From Mizuhopecten yessoensis (taxonomy: Eukaryota), in assembly GCF_002113885.1 (NCBI RefSeq), contig NW_018403356.1, forward strand, positions 189,670-253,669: a DNA stretch of 64,000 bases, written 5' to 3'. Made by a program: the position numbers and the translations under genes. Below are positions 39,015 to 52,723 of this stretch, piece after piece (position 1 is the first letter of the stretch; each line of letters begins with the position of its first letter). The notes beneath the pieces were generated by a model. That model saw nothing but the letters and a program-made list of their open reading frames with translations. It searched no databases and was not told the DNA's origin.

Positions 39015-39697
39015 TGTTGTATCCCGGACGGTACAGTGGCGGCGGTGTTACTAACGTACCTGCTGTCCGTACTCAGCCCACATGTGTAGTACACTAGACT
39101 ACCAAAGCTGCGATCAACTTATTAAAATCACTTGCTAAAGCGACTTTGATATGCAAAACTTAAGTAGCAACGTATCTGCCAACTACAAAAGAGATTAGAG
39201 AACTTGGCCGACCTGAAATTTGGGACCATGCAACTAACGTTTGGTGTTGATATTCATTGTTTCTCAGTATAGCAGATCCAAGTGTTAACAACGGTCAGAC
39301 GAATTGTAAAGGTATGTGTAGCCGGGATCTGATATAACGGGTTAACACAATCAGAAATAAAGAACAATGACAAAGATAATGCTCTTTCAGGGCTTGGAAA
39401 CGCTTATTGGTCCGTAGTACTCACACACTACAGTAAAGGAAGCGCTGCGTGTATGACAGTATACTACTCAAAACGCATCTGGAGTTTTTCTCATGGTCAT
39501 GTAAAAATGTGTATTTATTCTTCGTCACATTTATAGTAAGAAATATACGGTATTATTGATAGCAATCAATCTTGATATTTTACTTCGTACACTAGTATAG
39601 CCCTATAAGTGACGATACACAGTCAGACAGAACGTCATTCGTAACATAAAGATTCAAAAGAAGAAACACCTGCAGTCACGACGTCTTGTCGGGGGTC

Positions 39698-40118
39698 CCA
39701 CACCCACGCCAGTACCCACCTAGAACCTCACTCAAACCCCACACCCACGCCGGTACCCACCTAGAACCTCACTCAAACCCCACACCCATGCCGGAACCCA
39801 CCTTCAATCTCACTCAAACCCACACCCACGCCGGTACCCACCTTCAACCTCACTCAAACCCACACCCACGCCGGTACCCACCTAGAACCTCACTCAAACC
39901 CCACACCCACGCCGGTACCCACCTTCAACCTCACTCAAACCCCACACCCATGCCGGAACCAACCTTCAACCTCACTCAAACCCACACCCACGCCGGTACC
40001 CACCTAGAACCTCACTCAAACCCCACACCCACGCCGGTACCTATCTTCAACCTCACTTAAACCCCACACCCACGCCGGTACCCACATTCAACCTCACTCA
40101 AACCCCACACCCACACCC
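39698..40118. repeat. 40-41-bp C-rich minisatellite, ~10 copies
   Basis: ccacacccacgccggtacccacctagaacctcactcaaacc at 39698, 39739, 39780 etc. Confidence 0.95.
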
Positions 40119-42420
40119 AACCAAATTCATACCAATATTAACCTTCGCACCAATACCGATACAAACACCCACACATGCAACCATATACCCTTGCTCACAT
40201 CCACACCCAAAACCGTATATACTCCCCACAACTCAACCAATTGTCACACCCTCATCCGCTACTGCACACATAATCAAATCTGCCTTACCGTTACACGTGT
40301 CAGTAGTTAAATGGAGTTAGTAATGGTCTGTATAATAAAATATGTTTAAATCAAATCTCTTGATTTTCTAATAGCATATTTTAATATCTTCCTTGATTTG
40401 TGGAATATACTAAAGTAATCCCTTTATTCTTAAGAGAAGAAGATGGAAAAATGATGCCATGATAAGTTTATGTTGCTTACATTTTATCATAGATGCTACA
40501 GTCACGGGACTGTATATTTACAATTACGACAGTTAGTTATTATCTGAAACCTCTAGATCAACATACACTAGCGTTAATGATACGCTGTGTTTATAATTAG
40601 ATATGTAACACAGAATTTGCTCTATTTGAATTGAACAGAATTTCTAACAATTTGTGTGGGCATCATATACTAAAGGCCAGCTGTCTGGGTTGGTACTTAC
40701 TTTACGTGGTGTTAACCTGATATTTATATATAACAAAAGAGAGTGCATTGCTCTTGATGTCATACGCAGGTTAAATCAACATAATTACTTTGAGTAGCAA
40801 ATGGCTAACATTCAAAAATTATCCTGGCTAATCTGTTTCAGATTAGGAGTTCGCGTACAAAGCCACTGTCCACAAGGCCTAAGTATCCATGTATCGTCGA
40901 CGTCATTTTAAGCTTCTCTGCCGCTGGTTACATTTTGACTGTTTTCAGTACTCACTGGTGGTTGTGTATAACATAAGGTTCCTGGAGTTTGGGTTATAAT
41001 AGCTATATGTTCGGGGTTGTGATTTGCTAGCAGTTATTATATCTCCGGCTTTACACTGGGTTGGATCTTATACATACTGGTAGGGATTATCTGGTTATAC
41101 GTACCGGGGTCAGTCTGAAACCAACGCATGGATGTGACGTCATCATTCGGGCCTTATAAAACTTAGGATGTACTCTGCTGAGGTTTAAGTCACGTTCTCA
41201 TTTTGATTGTGTAATGTGTTGTGTTTTTTTTTTTATAAAATTTAACAAATTATGATCAATTTTAAAGCGGACATGCATCTGAAAGTGTTTCAAAAACTAA
41301 ATGCCTATTTTTTTCAGAACATTTATTTTCAATTTAAGAAATGACCAATTCGGCAGTCATTTGAATGTCCCGAAATATGTGCATTCTATGGAATGTTGAA
41401 AGTTTATCTATTTTGACATCAGATATATTACTAAAAGTGTCATTGTATCATCATTTTTAACTAGAATTTTTTATTTTTGTTTGTACTAGATTAACATGTT
41501 AAAACATATTATGAAAATAATATGCAACAAAGTGGAAAATAATACAATAGTGGTATTTTATTATTTATTTAGTTCACTGAAGTACTTTTGACTTATGATC
41601 ACGCAAAAGTGACAAATAACACACCAAAATATATTTTTTAAAAAGCACGCTAACCTCAATATTTCACATCAATTATTTCAAGTAAATACTATTTTCATCA
41701 AATGTGCAAACATTCATAGATTTCTGATAATACACTTCGAATATGTATGACTCTTTCTGTATATAGTCAAATAAAAACAAAAAACACATAGTATGTTAAA
41801 TTGGTATATTTGACGGATCATAGCACCAAAAACGATCACACGGATACATATATTTTTTGGCATTTTCTATTACTAAAGTATGCAATTGATTTCCTTTTCT
41901 AAAATACATGTAAGAAAATAAGTTTCAACTTCTCGGAGGATTACAACCTGACATTCGGCTATTTAATCTGAACATTTCTTTAGCATGTGATTTTGTCTGC
42001 CTGGTTTGGGTTTATAACATCTTATGCTTTGGATTGGTGTCGAATCGATTCTTAGGTTCCTTGAATTTTCTGCCATTGAATTCCACGTTTGTCCAGGTGT
42101 GTTTTCATTTTACTTTCATTACCCTCTATCCGTAGATTGTCTTACCTGCTGGGTACATTCAAGCTATCATCGGAACATGCCTTACCATCATAAGACAAAG
42201 GTATGCAGACAATAAAATAAGTAAGGTAGCAAAGTTATACTGACAATATCATTGGTCACTACAAAGGTAAACCAAAACATAGGTCAGCACCAAGGTAAAC
42301 TGACAACAAAACGTCATCAATAATTAAACCCAAACCAGATGTGCTAGCAAAGATATGCAGTTGCAGCAGTTTTGTATAGTCAGGATATATACCAAGATTG
42401 GTAGTATGGACAAGGCTTCT

Positions 42421-42540
42421 TAATAATATAATAATAATATACAACATTTAAATAGCGCCCTATATAATTTGTAAAATTACTCTAAAGCGCGTTACAACAT
42501 ATGGATAATAGTAATGGTTATAATTGTGAAAACAAACAAG
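42421..42540 (-). mobile_element. 3' end of an L2-like LINE, same family as 54018-54963
   Basis: Reverse complement matches 54780-54895 (ttcacaattataaccattactattatccatatgttgtaa...gggcgctat...tattattatt). Confidence 0.85.
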
Positions 42541-43190
42541 AGGCCCAGGGGCCTTAATAGCTCACCTGTTATTTTATTTTTCAATTTAAAACCTGCTGAG
42601 TACCATACAGGTTTATCGAAGGAGTACGATAAAAAAAAGTTGCAAGAAGAACTACATATAAATCTGTTTTGGTGGGAAAGACACCAAGAAAATGAGTGTC
42701 TCAATTTTCCTCTATTTCCCCTATTGGGCCTCACATGCACCTTTTTATACAAATTAAACAAATTGAGTTTTTTCCCCTAAGCATGCTTCAGATCACATTT
42801 GGTTTAAATCCCTTCATTTGTAGAGAAAGGAAAATATTTTTCTCTATTTTCCCTATTGGGCCCCACTCCTCTTGCCCTGGGGAGGGCGGGAGGGGGCACA
42901 TCTTCCATTTATGAATATTAAATTCCCTTTGCCCGAAGATTCTCTAGAACAAGTTTGGTTAAAATCCCTTCATCGGTACAAAATAAGAAGGATCTTTAAT
43001 GTTTTCCTCTATTTCCCCTAATGGGCCCCACCATCTGCCCCAAAGAAGGGGCCCACACACCTCAGTTTATACAAACTTGATTCTTTTGTCCCTAAGCATG
43101 CTTCGGACTGCATTTGGTTTAAATCCCTTCACTTGTATAGTAGGAGAACAAAATTCAGTGAAACATCCTTTCCAAATCATTAATGAAAAA
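42533..43190 (+). mobile_element. HINE/Helentron-like element with three ~155-160-bp internal tandem units
   Basis: Starts aacaagaggcccaggggccttaatagctcacctg; units ...ccctaagcatgctt...tttggtttaaatcccttca at ~42775, 42935, 43090. Confidence 0.65.
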
Positions 43191-46100
43191 TAGTATTAAT
43201 ATGGATAAATAACGCACTTTTTATAAATGTATGCAGATGTAGAACGCCAAATAAAGTAAGCAATTGACTGTACCACGTGAAGCTTGTGAGTATTCGTAAG
43301 CTGTGATGTTGGCGGAAGTCACGGTTAGTCCAGGGACAGGTAATTTTGGCAAAATTCTTTCGAAACTTCCTGAAATAATAAGCGATACAGATGAATGGTC
43401 TGCGGGAGTTGAAGGTTTTTGAAGGTTAACATTCTTCCCCACTTTTTCGGATCATTCTCTATTCCTACATCAATGAGTGTATTGCCAACAGATATATTTT
43501 GAGAAACACATCAAAATAAATATGCTGGGACATGGTCAAGCCGTATTGCGTAGCATGCTTCCAGCAGTACAAGTACTTCACAATGTATGATCATGTTCAG
43601 TCTTCAGAATGTGGCAACTCTAGACTGAAACATGCGCAGCATCAATTAAGCTGACAAGCACTGTAAAGGTTCATGTCTCCTAAATATGTCACTTTTCAGA
43701 AAACCAACGTACTGCTTGGTCTACAATGGTTCCTTGATTCTTTGTTATTAAGGCACAACTGCGTTCCTCCTGATGTCATGGGGAGTTTCCTTACTTCCAT
43801 TTGTAAATGTTAAAGCGGAGAAGGTGGGGTGGGGATATAACAGTTACTGATGAAATTGTTAACCACCTTCCGGCTTAATCTTCTACGTTGTATCCTATGG
43901 AAGTGAACTCAACCATTAATTCGTAAATTTTCTTTCGAGAACTAACTCAACTCTTTACCCAACAGAACTAATAAAAACTAATTTTTATGTGTGACAAAAA
44001 AAATGACCGAGTCCAATAAAAACTACGAATAAACAAACGCTCAGCCCGAATCCTCGAAATAACTACCAATGAATGCTCGTGGTGTTTAACAAACGCCCGT
44101 CTGAAAATGACGTCACTGTTCGATAAGTAAACACTTAACCAACAGAGAAGATATCAATAACTGGGAGTGGTAATCCAGCTATACCTGTAGTACGCCACTG
44201 CCTTTTTAGATCTGTATTTACAGCATGACAAACAGGAACTGTTTACTAACATGGTGTACGGTAGGCGGGGCTATTTCGAAGCAGTAAAATACCATTTAAA
44301 CCCTGAAAATGTTTCGTGGGTATTGTTGGAGTACGTTAACACCAGAATGACGAAGGAAAAGTCACGATAGCTGCATTCCGAGCCAAAAGAGAATAAGGTA
44401 GGATACAGAAGTATCGTCTTCTGTCCCTTCACATATACATATTTAAAGAAACGAGATTTTCTCATCCTTTAACGATATTAACACCACAGCCTGCCCGATA
44501 CGTCTCCACGAGATTTCCTATTGCTATTGACTTGCTATGATCGCTTGGTTTACTACCAGTATCTTCACATTTGAACATACCAAAACGCTATCCAAAATAC
44601 ACCAACTCATGTGAACTGACCTGTATTACAAAAACTAGGACAAAATGGATTGCAGAAAGGTTGTGTAGCACAACCAGGTAACATTTCTCTTGTTTTGGGA
44701 AACAGTCTATTCTGAAGTCACAAAACGTTTCCGGAAAACAGGTAATCGTTTTTTTCACAAAAAAGAATTCCTGTATTTTATGGGTGGGTACTTTCCGGAA
44801 AACCCCCATTGATAAACTTCGCTGTACGTCGCATATTCAAAATATCAAATTTCAATATAAGAGATGCTGAAATTCCAAAGTTAATCACTCCGCGTATTTT
44901 GACACTATAGTCATACTATACTGGAATAATGGAAAGAATTTAGATGCGTGCACGAGATCAGTGGCTTGCGGTCATCTCTATCAGCGATTCTGTGATCTAC
45001 ACCAGTTACATGATGAGCACAGTCATGATGAATTGGCGGTTCCTTCCTCACGCCAAAATCATAAAATGTATACTACCGCAATAATAACTGAACTTAAATT
45101 GCTGGAGAAAGTACGAAGTTTAAACCTTTTTCGCCGCAGACCTCACATTTGTCATTTTCCACATAATGGTAAACAAAATTTGTCTTTAAGCATAAATGGC
45201 ACATATCTATATAGTTACTAATAGCCTCATAAAAGGCACTTTTGCTATAAAGTGCAACTATTTATCTCATTCTAAGAGGCAGGAATCACGTTCTAAATAA
45301 TGCAATACAGCAACGTTTGAGTAAACTGACCGCATGGGTAGTGAAATCAACATAAATATCGATACAGTCCATGAGTGTATGCAATTTCGAGAGAATACTA
45401 ACAAAGCAAGTTAGATTGTTGTAAGGTTCAACAATCCTCTAATAGATGTTGTAGTCACCCTAAAGTTTAAACCCTTGATAAGTCATAATCAAAGGCCTCA
45501 ATAAAAAATCGGAATAGAACATTGGCTATTGAAAGGCTATTTAGTCAAATGACAACCTAAAACTAAAAATCGAGTCGATACTGAAAATATGTATGCCCTA
45601 ACGAAAGTTTACGTAGTTGATAATGACATGACCTGAAGCCAACGTGCAGTGTGGTCAGTTTCATCTTTTGGAAAAGCCGGTGATAAAATGGCTACGACCG
45701 AAATAGTGCAATATCCGTGCCTTTCAGTGAGATTTAAACATGTACTGTTCAAAGGAAAATATAACACGATGCCTTGAACACCCTGGATAACCTTAATGCC
45801 GTCGTAGGATCCACTTTGGGGTCGGTCACTGAAATCTACAAGATTCATGCATATGGATAAACAAAACTTATGTTTTCATAATTAGACGTGATATTTAGTT
45901 TGTGAAAAAAATAATTACTAAACCAATACCCATAGCCACCATTAACTTCCAATCCATTTCCAACAAAAAACCTGACCTCGACCAAATAATACACTCACTC
46001 ACACCAGACATAATAAAAGGAACAGAAACATGGTTCAATAACACAATCTCCTCATATGAATACTTCCCAGTCACCGAGTACACTGTCTACCGAAAAGACC

Positions 46101-46810
46101 GCACCCCAAATAAACATGGCCAAAGCCATGGAGATGTACTACTTGCAATTCAATCACCAACAAATACCACACAGAACAGATAAAAGAATTAGAAACAAAC
46201 AGTGAATCACTTTGGGTTAACATCTCCGTGACAAATTCACACAACCTCACCATAGGAGCATACTATAGACCACCATCAGACAAGGGACACACTAACATAC
46301 ATAAGTGGAGATTTCATCTTAACACACATAGACTGGCAAAACAACACAACCATACCAGGCAAATAAGAACAACACTTAATAATTCAGTCACCAAAAATAT
46401 CCCACAAAATCCCACATCACATATAAATCAAAACTCCCTTGGATAACACATTATCTCCGACTCATGAAAAAATGTAAACAATTACACACGAAAAGCAAAA
46501 CAAAACATGAACTTATACAGAAATACAAATCAGCAAAATCAGAACTACAAAAACAAACACGTAACGCATAGTTAAACTACATAGAAAAAATGATAAAAGA
46601 CCTATCAATAGACGAACCCAGCACAACCTCGCCTAGCAAAAACATAAATTCCAAAAAACTATTCTTATAAAAACATAAAACATAAAAACCTCAAGAAAAG
46701 AAAACATCGACATTACCGCATTACGTAAGAACGGACAACTAAAAACTGACACCAAATGCAAGGCAAACATACTAAACGAACAATTTAAATCTGCCTTCAC
46801 CATAGAACAG

Positions 46811-46985
46811 TGTGGTAACGACTCTGATGATAGCCGATATATTACAAAGCAGATTCATAGATGGCGAACACACAACTCCGGAGACCATGCTGGTTACTAC
46901 ATTACTCACTTTATTAGTAAAAAGTTACTTCCGGTGTCCGGTTGGATACATACTAAAGTACTGATTATATAAGATGGACATTACA
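46811..46985 (-). repeat. 3' LTR of the Gypsy element (175 bp)
   Basis: tgtggtaac...acattaca; 46937-46985 equals 50446-50494 with one mismatch. Confidence 0.9.
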
Positions 46986-49900
46986 TCTCTCCCCTTTTTT
47001 AGTTAAAACATGTTCATAATCATTGACTACACTTTTCATAGTTTGATTTTTTGAAATGTACATGTAATGATATAATCATTTGCATTGTCTTTTCCACTGA
47101 ATGTCTTTATCACTCGGTAAACGATTATCATTGTCAAATCACTTGAAAAATAAAGAATGATTTATATACTATTATAAAATGGGTTTAGAGATCTTATATA
47201 TATATTTTTTAACCTTTATCACACTGGAAATACTCAATTTTCGCAAAAATGACAAAACACGAGGTTAACTAGAGACCTCTGGGTCTCAATGACTAGCGGG
47301 GATTCTTGTGCCCCAAACACTGCAAGTCATTACTAATTTTGCACAACGTCATCATAACGAGTGTTCTTTTTCCTCTCTCTAGTTCTCCTGCGTAGTGGCG
47401 GCATCACTTCGCAGTGTGTCGATACAGTAGGACTTGACCTTACACAAACAGGCTGTTTTTCTGGAGTGTTTACTGGTTTACCAGCTTCCAAGTCCTCCTT
47501 CAGCTCCTCTATTTCCTCATCAAGTTGCTGCTTACTTTGTTGTGCCTTTCCTGGACATTGGTTTATTTTCTTGAAACGCGATACATTTCTTGTTGTTTTA
47601 CCATCATCGGTGATCATGGGACCTTTCCTGTTCGTGACGGTCCTTGGCTGTGGATCATACTCCGGTGTGAGTTTGTTGCCTTTCATGTCCTGCTTCACTA
47701 CAACAACGTCACCAACAGATATCTCACTGTCCTTTGCATGATTTCAAGCATCAGCGTACAATTTCATTTGACATTTCCTCTTGCTGTCTCTTTCTCGAAC
47801 TTGTTCGAGCAGGGCGTTCTGTTGTCTTTCAGCAACTTGTGGCATCTTTGTTCTGGGTTCGCGACCAAACATAAGTCGGTACGGTGTCTGTCCGGTCGTG
47901 CTATGTGGCGTGGCACGGTACTGCCTCAAAAATGCAAATAACTCCTGTCTCCAGTTCTTTTTCTCATAATGAGCTGCTCGCACTACCTTCATTAGCGGCT
48001 TATTGAAGCTCTCAGCTTGGGCATTAGCTCGAGGCCATCTTGGGGTGATGCGTCTATGATTAAATCCTTGGTTCAATGCATACTTCCGAAAGCTTCTGAA
48101 TTGAATGGACTTCCGTTATCGCTTTTTACTGTCCTTGGAGTACCGAATGTGCTAAACACTTTATCAAGTACTGATATAGCAGCATTTGCAGAGACAGAGC
48201 ACAAACATTTCTACGCAGGGGTATCGTGAAAATTCATCTACGAGTACCATCAAATATTCTCCAGTTGTCAAAGGTCCACAAAAATCGACGCTGACATTTT
48301 CCCATGGTCCTGTAGGGAGTTCGGACATCTGTAGTGTTTCGATACTTGTTTCCGGTGTTAGAATTTGACATGGCATACAATCTCTCACTGCTGTTTCGAC
48401 CTTAATGTCAATTCCTGGAAACCATATCTTTGAGCGTATAAATGATATTGTCTTGGCCATCCCCTGCTGTCCTTCATGAGCAATGCGTATGGCTCGATCT
48501 CGTAGTGATGCTGGAAGTATGATTCAGTGGTCCCTCAGCAAAATGTTGTCAGAGTGAACAGTTAGCTCATCCCGAACACTCTTGATGGCAGTTAGTTCCT
48601 CCATATCAATGTTCTCTTCTCTTCCAGTAGTTTTTTTTGTGTATCACAACATTTCTGGTGAACTCAATAGCTTTTTGTAATGTAGGGCTGTGTAGAGTAG
48701 CTTCCCTTACCTCATCTAACTGAATTGCACAGGGCAGGGCTTCCTCTGTCATAAATTTGACAGAACATTCTGCAATCTCCTCCTGTGTAGATTTCGTGGA
48801 GGGTGTCGAGACATGTAGTCAGCAACATTTGTTTCGCCAGGCTCATACTTCATGTTAAGTTTATACGGCTGGAGTCTCAGACCCCACCTCTCAATTCTTA
48901 GACTCGGGAGGTTCTGTTTCTGCCATATTTTCTCCAACGGTTTGTGATCCTTAATGACTGTGAACTGTTTCAGTCCTCTCAAATATGTATCATAATGTTC
49001 ACATGCCCACACGACCCCCAAAGTCTCGCGTTCCACTTGACTGTATCTTGATTCAACAGGCGTCAATGACCTGCTTGCATACGAAACTACTTTGTCCTGG
49101 ACAAGAACCACACCTAGTCTAATAGGGCTGGCATCGACCCTCACCTGAACTGGTTTTCTTGGGTGGTAGTAAGCCACCACGTTGTCACTTGATAAATAGT
49201 TTTTCAGTTTTCTGAATGCCATTTCACATTCTTCATTCCAGTTCCAACAGTGCATCTTTGTGAGTTAACTCGCGCAGAGGTTCACAGATTTTCGCATATC
49301 CTTCGATAAAACGAGAGCAATAATTAGTTATGCCTAAAAAGCTTTTGAGCACTTTGACATTTTCGGGTTGCTGGAATTCACGCACCGCTTTGACTTTTTC
49401 TGGGTCTGCAGAGATTCCATCTTTGCTGAAGACTACACCGAAAAACGAGATCTTCTGCTTTCGGTATTCACACTTACTTTTGTTCAATGTAAGTCCACTA
49501 TCGCTGAGCCTATTCAGGGTCTCTCTCAGGGCGGTGTCATGCTCCATCTTGTTTTTGCCATAGATGATGATGTCATAAGAAATATTTCTGGACCCTTCTA
49601 TTCCTTCGATGACCTGTCGGATCATTTCTTGGAAAACTTCTGATGCTGACGAAATTCCAAAATTGAGACGTTTGTATCTTAAGAGTCCCAAATGTGTAGA
49701 GAAAGTTGTGATGTATCTCGAGTCTGCCTCTAGCTCAAGTTGGTGGCAACCACTTCTCAGATCCAGTTTACTGAACATCTGACCACCATTTAGGTCCAAG
49801 ATGTCTTTCTCTAAGTATGACTTTATTTGCCTCGCGCATGTCCACACACAGTCTGATCTCATCAGGGTGTTTTTTTGGCGGAGTGACGATGGGCGATACC

Positions 49901-50494
49901 CATGGTGTAGGAACACCCTCTACTTTCTCTATTATATCCTCCGCGAGTAATCTGTCGATCTCAATTTTGACTTTATCTCTGAGGTGAAATGGAGTCCTTC
50001 TGTATCGTTGTGCTACTGGAGGGACATCACTGTTTATGTGAAGCTTTGCACGTCTATTTCTTAGCTTTCCTATGCCTCTAAACAGTTCAGGAAACTCCAC
50101 ATTGCCGACTTGAACTTGTCGTACCACCTTCAGTAAGGAGAGCTTTGTAGCTGATTGATAGCAAAGCAGCGAACCACAATGTTTTGTCCACTACATAGAA
50201 CTCGATAACATCATAAGTCTTCGTTGTTTCAACATTGATCATGCACGTACCTTTTACTTGCAGAGACTCACCTCCCCAATAGGGCACCAGTTTATTCTTT
50301 GCCTTTTTAACATTGGTCGCCCCAGTCGCTCATACTCAGTTGTGTCGATGAGTTTACAGATGATCCGCTGTCTATCAATAGCTTTGTGTCGCGATTCTGA
50401 AGTTTAACATCAGCATAAGGTCCATTGTTCATCTTCTTAGAATGTTCCGGTTGGGTACATACTAAAGTACTGATTATATAAGATGGACATTACA
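46811..50494 (-). mobile_element. Defective Ty3/Gypsy LTR retrotransposon (PR-RT-RH-IN), gag and PBS deleted
   Basis: 5-bp TSD aacag (46806-46810 / 50495-50499); full 175-bp 3' LTR 46811-46985 (TG..CA) next to polypurine tract 46986-47000; 49-bp 5' LTR remnant 50446-50494; LIDSGS protease, RLCVDMR and FSKLDL RT, VDAS/YSQVERE RNase H, zinc finger and VDF/SDNG/AESFN integrase; frameshifted. Confidence 0.95.
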
Positions 50495-51689
50495 AACAGA
50501 ACTGCCCATACCAGACAAAGGTCCTTTTCCACACACTCTCATGCCAGAAAAACATATTACACAACAAAGCATCTATAAACTACTCAACAACATCAACCCA
50601 CATAAAGCAACAGGACCTGATAATATACACGGCGGAGTACTTAAAGAATTAGGTGACATCACAGCACCCATTCTCACATAAAATCTTCACCCGCTCGCTC
50701 ACTACAGGAACACTACCACCAGATTGGAAAAATGCAAACGTCACCCCAGTATTCAAAAAAGGAGACAAGTACAACCCAGCAAATTACAGACCAATATCAC
50801 TAACCTGCATTACATGTAAACTCATAGAGCACATCATAACAAGCGCCATAATGACACAATTGGAGAACAACACATATTATATGACCTACAACACGGCTTT
50901 AGATCATCCAGATCCTGTGAAACACAGCTCACCACATTCATACACGATCTCGCATCAAACAACAACATCAACAAACAGACAGACATCATCATATGATGGA
51001 TTTTGCCAAAGCTTTTGACAACGACTACAGTTCAAACTCAAATATTACGGGGTAACAGGGAACACACATGCATGGATTACAGACTTTCTCTCATTCCGCA
51101 CCCAAACAGTAGTACTTGAGGGCAAACAATCAGGTAAAATACAAGTAACCTCTGGGGTCCTTCAATGAACCTATTTTGGCCCCCTCCTCTTCCTCATCTT
51201 TATCAATGACTTCCACGAATACATTAATACAGTAAACTGAGACTCTTTGCAGACCACAGCATCAAGACACACTAAAACTACAACATGACCTTGACGCAGC
51301 AGAACAATGGGAGACAGACTGGCTAATGAAATTTCACCCTGACAAATGCAACATACTCAACATTACATCGAAACGCAACAAAATACACTATGACTACAAA
51401 CTCCACAACCACACGTTACACCAAGTAGAATACAGCAAATACTTAGACTTAACATTACAAAATAACCTACGATGGGACAAACATATTAACAACATTACAG
51501 CCAATGTCAATAGGTCCCTAGGTTTTCTAAAATGCAACTTAAAAATTAACTCACCACATATAAAAGAACACGCATATAAAGCACTAGTCAGACCAAAACT
51601 TGAATACTGCTCTTCCATTTTGGATCCACACAACACAAACCAAAATTAAACAAATAGAAAAAAACACAACGAAGAGCAGCACGCTACGT

Positions 51690-52393
51690 CAACAACAGAT
51701 GCCACAACACCAGCTCAGTATAGACATGATCCACAACAACAGATGCCACAACACCAGCTCAGTATAGACATGATCCACAACAACAGATGCCACAACACCA
51801 GCTCAGTATAGACATGATCCACAACAACAGATGCCACAACACCAGCTCAGTATAGACATGATCCACAACAACAGATGCCACAACACCAGCTCAGTATAGA
51901 CATGATCCACAACAACAGATGCCACAACACCAGCTCAGTATAGACATGATCCACAACAACAGATGCCACAACACCAGCTCAGTATAGACATGATCCACAA
52001 CAACAGATGCCACAACACCAGCTCAGTATAGACATGATCCACAACAACAGATGCCACAACACCAGCTCAGTATAGACATGATCCACAACAACAGATGCCA
52101 CAACACCAGCTCAGTATAGACATGATCCACAACAACAGATGCCACAACACCAGCTCAGTATAGACATGATCCACAACAACAGATGCCACAACACCAGCTC
52201 AGTATAGACATGATCCACAACAACAGATGCCACAACACCAGCTCAGTATAGACATGATCCACAACAACAGATGCCACAACACCAGCTCAGTATAGACATG
52301 ATCCACAACAACAGATGCCACAACACCAGCTCAGTATAGACATGATCCACAACAACAGATGCCACAACACCAGCTCAGTATAGACATGATCCA
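51690..52393 (+). repeat. 44-bp perfect tandem repeat, 16 copies, derived from LINE A ORF2
   Basis: caacaacagatgccacaacaccagctcagtatagacatgatcca; 704 bp = 16 x 44. Confidence 0.97.
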
Positions 52394-52723
52394 CAAACTA
52401 CAATGGTCAAGACTACAAACACGGCGCTGTCACACAAGAAGGATCCTTTTTCTACAAAATCGTACACCAAATCGTAGCTATAAACCCAACATATATATTC
52501 ACACCCGTAGACCCTCGAACCAGACATGCACACCCTTACGCATACAAACACATATCTGCTACAAAGGACACCTACAAATAGTAATTCTTTCCACACACCA
52601 TAACACAATAGGATATCCTTCCCATAGCAGCAGTACAATGCACAACACTAGAGGATACATACCCTATGCAGCCATTGAAGCCCTCATCATACGCTAATAC
52701 ATACGCCAGCTTTTACCTTTTAT

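Noticed and set aside
47361-49643. Plus-strand ORFs overlapping the Gypsy pol
   Set aside because: Antisense shadows of the minus-strand pol; no recognisable products.
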